Virus record (IMG/VR): IMGVR_UViG_3300032247_000581
Span: 31,921-95,920 of that record
Length of the DNA stretch: 64,000 bases
Strand: one strand, 5' to 3'
Origin: a virus
Lineage: Duplodnaviria; Caudoviricetes
Program-made: the position numbers and the translations under genes
Notes under the pieces: generated by a model
Database searches by the model: none
What the model was told of the DNA's origin: nothing
Seen by the model: only the letters and a program-made list of their open reading frames with translations
In this document: positions 57,708-64,000 of the stretch, piece by piece
Layout: each line of letters starts with the position of its first letter
Position numbering within the stretch: the stretch's first letter is position 1

Positions 57708-58273
57708 TAGTCGTAGTGCCCCTGCTTTTTAAACGCCTTCTTTTGAACAACAGACTTATAGGGGCAATAATCGCATAGGTAAACCTTTGGGCCTCGTGAT
57801 TCTTTTTCCAAACCAGCTTCAAGGCGTTCTTTGGCTGTATCAGGCTTAATAAGCTTTTTATCGCTTTTGTAATCTGCACAGTCATCAGTTTGATTGTGCT
57901 CTTTAATCCAACAGTTCATAGCATCGGCTTGAAAATTGTTCTTCATTGCATAGGCGTTGGTACCAAATACATCAAGTCCTTCTGCGCCTTGTATAAGCTG
58001 GCGTTCAATACTTTCTTTTACTTTAGGAATAACCCAAAAACGCGTAGGAAATCTGACGGTAGCAAAATCTTCACGTTTACACTTGCCATTGACGTGTGGG
58101 TCTGTAAAAAACTTAAGGTGTAAATCATATTCTGCGCTATTTTCTCCGCCTTCAGGACCCTCATAATCAGGGACAACTTCAATAGTTCGGCATCGTGAGC
58201 ACTTAAGAACACGCATATGAGGCTCAGTAGGGTCTACCTCAGCTTTTTTAAATTGCGATAAATCGTGAACCAT
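57707..58273 (-). CDS. Cys/His-rich (Zn-binding) hypothetical protein
   Basis: CSRC, C...H....C and CDYCP; AGGAG RBS. Confidence 0.65.
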   Translation of the reverse strand: MVHDLSQFKKAEVDPTEPHMRVLKCSRCRTIEVVPDYEGPEGGENSAEYDLHLKFFTDPHVNGKCKREDFATVRFPTRFWVIPKVKESIERQLIQGAEGLDVFGTNAYAMKNNFQADAMNCWIKEHNQTDDCADYKSDKKLIKPDTAKERLEAGLEKESRGPKVYLCDYCPYKSVVQKKAFKKQGHYD

Positions 58274-58312
58274 TATTACTCCTATTTGTAGACCGATATA
58301 TTATCAGATGTT

Positions 58313-60365
58313 TTAAGCTTTACCCTCACGCTTGGCTTTTAGGGCTGCAGCAATTTTAGCTTGACGTGCAGCAGCGGCTTCTTTATTTGCTTCTTTATCT
58401 ACACGAGGCTTATTATAAATAGAACCCGCATTTTTTGCAGTTTTCATAGAGGGAGCATCTGTTTTAATAACTGGTTTTGGTTTAGGAAGTTTAATCCTAT
58501 CTTTTACTGGAACTACATACCCTGCGCTTTCTTCATTGGTCATATAGCGCCCTGAAAGTTTAGGCTCTGTTTCCATGCCTTTTGCAACAGGCATAACAAT
58601 ATGGTCTGTTCTAGCATCAATATGGGCGTTTACAGGGGTACCTTCATTAGGGCGTTGTCTAGATACTAATCCTTCGTGAATAGGGTTTGAAGGGTCATAT
58701 TTTACAATCCTTAAACTGCTAGGGCCACGGTCTTCTGGTGCCTCAGACATTATTTATCCTTATTAGCGTCTTTAGAAAAATGTTGTGACATCTCATCCAT
58801 AGCTTCTGGAGTTAGATAATCCCATCCTTCAGGGCGTTCTGAATCAGATGCTTCTGGAAACTGTGACTCAGTTGGCTTCATTTTGTGTCATCAAATTTCT
58901 GTACTGGAAGGGTGCCAGCTTTACGAGCATTGCTTGTCTTACCTAATGCAACATACTCTTTTTCACGAGCATCTGCAGAATGCCACATATCAATTTTACC
59001 CATTGCGTTGTACTTTACACGACCATTAGCGTCATCATATTGGTCTTCAGTACCCTCATTAAATACATTGCGCTCATCTTGTGGGCGAACTTTTACATGG
59101 CTAATAGGAAACTGTGTTGATTTTGGGTTCATTAGAGCCTCTTATTTGCTTCTTCGTACTCAGCTTCGTGAGTATCTGGTTCTGGATGCGCTAATTCATA
59201 CGCATATTTTTGTTGCATTGCGTCTTGCTTAGTCCATTCAATATCTGGTTGGCGATATGGGTCGCGTGCCCTGTCTTTTGGATTAGCCATTTAATTTGTA
59301 CTCATTTTTATCGTTAGCCTGTTTAACATGTCCGCCACCAACATTGTAAACTTCATTTCGGTCTTTTCTAAAGTCACCATCGTGGCGTGTGTTAATAGAA
59401 GCGTTGTCATGTGGTCGTGCTTCTTTAACAGCGTTTTCAGGAAATGATTGACCAGAATTCATTTGAAAGTTGTCTGCCCAAGCAGAACCCTCTCGTTTCC
59501 AGCCTAAAGCAGCCCCCATCTTTTCAAGGCTTCCCGTTGAACGACGAGTATCTTTTGCACGGTCTTTAGCCATGATTAACCTGCTGGATTTACTTTAGAA
59601 GACTCTTCTGAGTTGATGAAACCATAGTTCATGTATGGGTGTAGTCCAGCACGGTTCTTAACGACATCTTGGTCACCAGAACCTGGAATTACTGTTGTAT
59701 TTGGACGGCGCTTACGATACTTACCGTCAGTTGCACCCTCATTAAGGGATGCGTTCTGTGAACGTGAATTATTTACTGTCATTATGCCATTTTACCCTTC
59801 AGTAATTTAGACTGCTTGCGACGAGTGCAATTCGGGCAAGTATCTGTATGTAGTGATTGTACTGGGTTTAACGTTAATCCACATTCAATACAAGGCTTAG
59901 AACCATTGTAATAGGTGGTTTTTAAATCTTTTTGGGTCTGTAACTTAACATCCATAGCTCCAGCCATGCCATCGCCAGTTGAATCTGTAAGTAGACCTGG
60001 GTCGTTGCTCATACTGAGCCTCCTAAGGTGTTACGGCTAGTACTTTCTTGAGTATTAGGGGTATTGCTAAAGTCAGACTCTACACGCTGTTGAGCGCGAC
60101 CAGGCAAATCAATTATGTCTTCAATACTTATCTCAGTCTGGGTGTATCCGTATCGCTCTGGAAATAACTTAACTTGAGGTAGTGGGGGGCGCACATATTC
60201 TTGTAGTTCTGCCCCTGTCATCATATTAGCCGCTAGTGATTGGCTAAGTAGACGTTCTTGATTAGAGGCAAAAGGACCGATATATGCTTGCGGTGGGTAA
60301 GCAGCCTCAGGTGGTGCTTGCCACGGTTTGCGGGAGTAAACACCGTCTGCCATTCTTCCTGACAT
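58313..60365 (-). other. Operon of eight small hydrophilic proteins (58313-58750, 58750-58881, 58878-59132, 59132-59290, 59283-59573, 59576-59782, 59782-60012, 60009-60365)
   Basis: Coupled ORFs; two under 60 aa were read manually. Confidence 0.6.
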
Positions 60366-60906
60366 TTATTTCCAATTCGGTGATAGGGAGCTAAGACGCT
60401 TAGCTCTGTTTAAATTAACACCCATAGGTGCATCACTCTTTGCGGCAGGACCTGCCTTACCATCATTAGGTAAGTGCGGAGCTGGTGCTAGATGCTGTGC
60501 ATCTGCATTGCGTTTTGACATATATACATTGCCTTCTTTAGCAGCATTCATTTGACGACGAATACCGCGAGTATTGTCTAATTCATCAGGATAGTAATAC
60601 CCTGCAGCATCAATGCGCTCACCTTTATGTACACCGCGTTGGTAACCACGTTGTGTAATGCGAACTTTAAGTGAATCTAAAACATTTTCTGATGTGGAAC
60701 CTGGACGACCACGGTCATCTCTACGAGTTCTAATTGTTCCGAGGTAGCCGTCAGGGATACTCCGCAGAAGGCTGACGACCTACGCCTAAGCGTAGGAAGT
60801 CGAGTTCACTCCTGGCGACTGAAACGCCGCCTCCACCATAATTGGTGTTAGTTCCATACATCCCAGCAGCGCCGAGATTTTGAACGTTTTGATGTGGTCC
60901 TGGCAT
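60366..60906 (-). CDS. Hypothetical protein of about 179 aa requiring a +1 frameshift at CCC-TGA-C (60756-60750)
   Basis: ATG at 60906 lies 6 nt after TATAAT; 51 codons to TGA; the +1 frame is open for 128 codons with no ATG/GTG/TTG in the first 67. Confidence 0.7.
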
Positions 60907-60920
60907 AAACCCATTATAGG

Positions 60921-62105
60921 TTAGCGAAAGCCACCTAGCACCACTAACTCTCTACGAGCGTCAAAACCTTCTCCTACTACTAAGGAAACAATTCCTGGGT
61001 GGGATTCAAGGCCCGATTTATCTCTAAACCAACTAGAACCATTGTCCATAGCAGGGTTCTGTATGAATAAACGGCGACCTACACTCTGTACGTCGTAATG
61101 GTGCAAATGACCAACATTTAATATATCTGCATTAGCTACTGAACACTTACCCATTACTTGCCCTGACCACCAAGAAACCATATTAGTTTTTTGATGACCA
61201 TGAGCCATACCGTATAGGGTGCCACTTAAATTAACACACAAAGTACTATCATCTAAAGCTGGGTAACGAAACTCAACTCTATCTTTAAGAAATTCATTTT
61301 CCATACAAGCATCTTCTACAGCGCGAACAATCTCAATCTGCCATGAGTCTTCAGGGCGAGAAACTAAAAACCGTTGAACTTCATCATGGTTACCTGGAAC
61401 TACTGGAACGATAATCTTTGGTGCATACTGCGCCATTGATTTAATCTGAGCCATAAGAACACGGCGACCAACCTGAACTTGTTGGGCTACCCCTATATCG
61501 TGGCGTCCCATTACTTTACCTTTTTGACTTGTCATTCCTTCAATGCAGTCTCCAATTTGAGGAAGTGCAATTTGGCCAATTTTATACTTAGATTGTAAGT
61601 ATTTATGATGTTCTACTGCCTCATTGAATGTACGAAGTACCCTTTCAACAATTGCTGGGGTATCGTCTTTTCCATATTGTGTATCACCAATACTATAAAC
61701 AGCTGTTAAATCACCTGCGTGGTCATTTACTGGTCCTGTTGGTCTCCAATTAATAATGTCTTCAATTAATTTTTCTGCATCATAATCTTTTCCTGAAGAT
61801 GAAATTAATGGAACAACAGAAATTTTAAATGATTCTAACCATTCTCCGTCGTATTTTTGCCAACGTGAGCGTTTATGCGATGTAACTGCCCATTCTGATG
61901 GGTCTAAATTTGCTTCTCTAATAATTTCTTCTGCACCTGGGGTATTGCCATCAGGTCGTGGTGTAGAAACAATAAAACCACCATCATTGCCAATTTCAGA
62001 ACGAGGACGCCAACCATCTGGGATGTTACGAATTAAATCGTCTGAGCCTTCTTTACCTGCGTTAATAAACTCTTTAAACTCTTCGTTTATGGACATTGGC
62101 ACCAA
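60921..62105 (-). CDS. Calcineurin-like metallophosphoesterase (Mre11-like)
   Basis: GDTQYG, GDCIEG, PGNHDE, AHGH and GHLHH. Confidence 0.85.
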   Translation of the reverse strand: MVPMSINEEFKEFINAGKEGSDDLIRNIPDGWRPRSEIGNDGGFIVSTPRPDGNTPGAEEIIREANLDPSEWAVTSHKRSRWQKYDGEWLESFKISVVPLISSSGKDYDAEKLIEDIINWRPTGPVNDHAGDLTAVYSIGDTQYGKDDTPAIVERVLRTFNEAVEHHKYLQSKYKIGQIALPQIGDCIEGMTSQKGKVMGRHDIGVAQQVQVGRRVLMAQIKSMAQYAPKIIVPVVPGNHDEVQRFLVSRPEDSWQIEIVRAVEDACMENEFLKDRVEFRYPALDDSTLCVNLSGTLYGMAHGHQKTNMVSWWSGQVMGKCSVANADILNVGHLHHYDVQSVGRRLFIQNPAMDNGSSWFRDKSGLESHPGIVSLVVGEGFDARRELVVLGGFR

Positions 62106-62338
62106 CGGTTTCTATGAGTACGGAATGTGGTTAAACTAAAAGGCAAATCAGTAAACTTTGCCTGTAAAAATCTATGAATTTCCATAGTCGAAGATTGGGT
62201 GTCTAACAACTCTCTAAACTCTAAGATAAGCGTGTCATCTTGTAGTTTCAGCCATTCGTTTACCCCACAACGACCTTTTGAATACGTGCCAACAGAAGCT
62301 TTGGGGGATAGATTAGCCAATTCATCTTTGAGTGACAT
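62087..62338 (-). CDS. Small HTH-like protein preceding the metallophosphoesterase
   Basis: C...HR...CQC. Confidence 0.55.
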   Translation of the reverse strand: MSLKDELANLSPKASVGTYSKGRCGVNEWLKLQDDTLILEFRELLDTQSSTMEIHRFLQAKFTDLPFSLTTFRTHRNRWCQCP

Positions 62339-62388
62339 GGGTGTAATTCAACCATACATTTAGAGTTAAGACAAATACAACACCAATA

Positions 62389-62420
62389 AAAAAGCCCCTG
62401 ATTGCTCAGGGGCGTTTTTT
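62389..62420. terminator. Intrinsic terminator
   Basis: aaaaagcccctga-ttgc-tcaggggcgtttttt. Confidence 0.75.
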
Positions 62421-62430
62421 ACTAAAACTA

Positions 62431-62769
62431 TTATTCAGCCATACCTGCATTGAAGTTTGGCTTTGAGCGGTTAGTAGCAGCAGGAATAATTTTTCCATTG
62501 CCCTGAGTTGCTCCAGCCTCTGGTGCCATTTGCTTTTCAAATCCTACGCGGATTCCATAGCGAGCTCCTGCACGATGTCCATCAGCAGTTACAAATGTAC
62601 GAGATGGCTTAGCCATCTTAGTTGGGTCTCCTGCTGCAGTGTTCTTCTTCTTCATAAGCTTGCCCTTTTCAGGCATAGCTGCACGTGGCTTTGAACCTGA
62701 AGCATTTGATGGCTCAGCTGAAGTAGGAGCCAATGGTGCTGGGTTCTTTTTAGATGAATCTGTCTTCAT
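62431..62769 (-). CDS. Small basic, disordered protein
   Basis: 112 aa, K/A/P-rich; AAGGA RBS. Confidence 0.6.
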   Translation of the reverse strand: MKTDSSKKNPAPLAPTSAEPSNASGSKPRAAMPEKGKLMKKKNTAAGDPTKMAKPSRTFVTADGHRAGARYGIRVGFEKQMAPEAGATQGNGKIIPAATNRSKPNFNAGMAE

Positions 62770-62829
62770 TTAGTTTCCTTTGCAAAGGGGGTTAAATAAC
62801 AATAAGGCATTTAAGCGCAAAATAATGGC

Positions 62830-63111
62830 TTAACCTGCTGCTGAGACTACAAATACAATGGCAGAAATGTCTCCATCGTGGCTTTTAATGCTTGCAAAAC
62901 CTGGGATACATACAAGGTCTAAACCTCTTGGGGCGCAATATCCGCGAGCGATTGCGATTGCTTTGACGGCTTGGTTAACTGCTCCTGCACCTACGGCGCG
63001 AATTTTGCAACCACGAGTTTCATAAATACTGTGGGCAATTGCTGATGCTACGGCTTGTGGATTACTTCCTGCGCCTACGCGCAAAATATTCTCTTCTGTT
63101 ATTTCTGACAT
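62830..63111 (-). CDS. spoVS: Stage V sporulation protein S family (Alba-like)
   Basis: LRV...SNP.AVA.AIA...AVGAGAVNQAVKAIAIARG...DL.CIP.F. Confidence 0.9.
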   Translation of the reverse strand: MSEITEENILRVGAGSNPQAVASAIAHSIYETRGCKIRAVGAGAVNQAVKAIAIARGYCAPRGLDLVCIPGFASIKSHDGDISAIVFVVSAAG

Positions 63112-63179
63112 GGGGTTCCTTTTTATGCTCGAATTAGTAGTACCCCTAAAGTATGAATAATCGAGCGTGTAATGTCAGG

Positions 63180-63371
63180 TTAAAAGTCGAAATTATCCTC
63201 AGGTGTTGGGGCCGTAGCAAGGCTTCCGCAGAGGTGGCATTCCATATCTAGCATGTAAAGGGATATTTGCCCTTCCTCAAATTGAGCTTTGACATTCCAC
63301 AAAGTGGAGCCACAAGCACAAACGTGAAGGGGTCTATCCTTATCCCGTAGGTCCAGCACCAAAATCTGCAA
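63180..63371 (-). CDS. Small Zn-ribbon protein
   Basis: CACGS...CHLCG. Confidence 0.6.
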   Translation of the reverse strand: MQILVLDLRDKDRPLHVCACGSTLWNVKAQFEEGQISLYMLDMECHLCGSLATAPTPEDNFDF

Positions 63372-63585
63372 TCACATGATAAGCAACTTCCATATAAATA
63401 GCTGCATTAGATATTAAATCTTCTGGATGATGTAAGGACTTGTTATCTCTAACGCCCCAATTTTTACTAAGGTACTCTTTAAGTCCTGGGGTTAATTTAT
63501 TGACAAATTCTTCACTTGTCATATAGCCATGAGCCCGCAAGTCATTGTCTGAAAACTTATTCACTAAGTTCAATTTTCTTTTCAT
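63340..63585 (-). CDS. Hypothetical protein
   Basis: Overlapping ORF in operon. Confidence 0.5.
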   Translation of the reverse strand: MKRKLNLVNKFSDNDLRAHGYMTSEEFVNKLTPGLKEYLSKNWGVRDNKSLHHPEDLISNAAIYMEVAYHVIADFGAGPTG

Positions 63586-63784
63586 TTTGTCCCCTCATAA
63601 TTTTAGGGGCAATAAAAAACAACATCTCACGGAAATAGCAAACGTTACAACCACAATACAGTTGCCCAGATAAAGTTTCCATATCTTCATCTTCATCAAT
63701 ACTATCTTGTAAAAGCATTAAGTATTCTTCAACATTTGCTTGAAGTTCTTCTGCCCATTTTTCATCATTAAGAATAAAGTTCAT
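63557..63784 (-). CDS. Small acidic protein with CGCxxC
   Basis: ATGA overlap with the FmdB-like gene. Confidence 0.55.
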   Translation of the reverse strand: MNFILNDEKWAEELQANVEEYLMLLQDSIDEDEDMETLSGQLYCGCNVCYFREMLFFIAPKIMRGQNEKKIELSE

Positions 63785-63948
63785 TGTCCTCCCCATCCTC
63801 CACCTTTAAAATGAACAGCTGGTGGTGTCCATGATTTTGTTAAATAATTTCCGCATTTTTCACATTTAGGACGATTTACATCATCAAATCCCATGTGCAT
63901 CTCTACTGTGGTGTCGCATAGTAAACACGTAAAATCATACTTTGGCAT
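63781..63948 (-). CDS. FmdB-family zinc ribbon protein
   Basis: MPKYDFTCLLC...CEKCG...PAVHFKGGGW, read manually. Confidence 0.75.
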   Translation of the reverse strand: MPKYDFTCLLCDTTVEMHMGFDDVNRPKCEKCGNYLTKSWTPPAVHFKGGGWGGQ

Positions 63949-64000
63949 CAGTCTTTATCTCCGTATCCTGCTTCTCGTAATAAGTGTACAAAGTCTTCAA

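Noticed and set aside
1-64000. tRNA, rRNA, integrase, tape-measure or tail-tube genes
   Set aside because: None recognised by eye; they may lie outside the window, so nothing is concluded about lifestyle or morphology

Overview
A 64-kb segment of a large tailed dsDNA phage. WhiB, an SLT-type transglycosylase, many leaderless-looking genes and low-GC sequence suggest a freshwater actinophage, possibly infecting acI/Nanopelagicales (host is inferred). Most of the window is on the minus strand: fibronectin-III and collagen-like fibre genes (1-18 kb), major capsid, scaffold, portal and terminase (19.8-26.2 kb), small basic proteins, endolysin, holin-like genes and a large surface protein (27-40 kb), then nrdJ, a TGT-like/HAD/nucleotidyltransferase trio, a metallophosphoesterase and spoVS (52-64 kb). 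A plus-strand island (41.8-52.0 kb) of small acidic ORFs, DUF932, ArdA and a subtilase looks like the early/host-takeover region. Three signals stand out. (1) Six back-to-back DnaA-box pairs lie in the early island; five sit exactly 4 nt upstream of a TTG-type -35 followed 18 nt later by a -10, and three 11-bp inverted-repeat elements are interleaved with them. (2) Two genes need a +1 recoding event at a stop codon: the portal has a 7-nt gap (GAA-UAG-U-GAG), and a gene at 60.4-60.9 kb has a prfB-like cassette (GGAG-UAU-CCC-UGA-C). (3) Candidate small RNAs include one with an exposed anti-Shine-Dalgarno-like loop. All annotations come from reading the sequence and recalled motifs; no searches were run.
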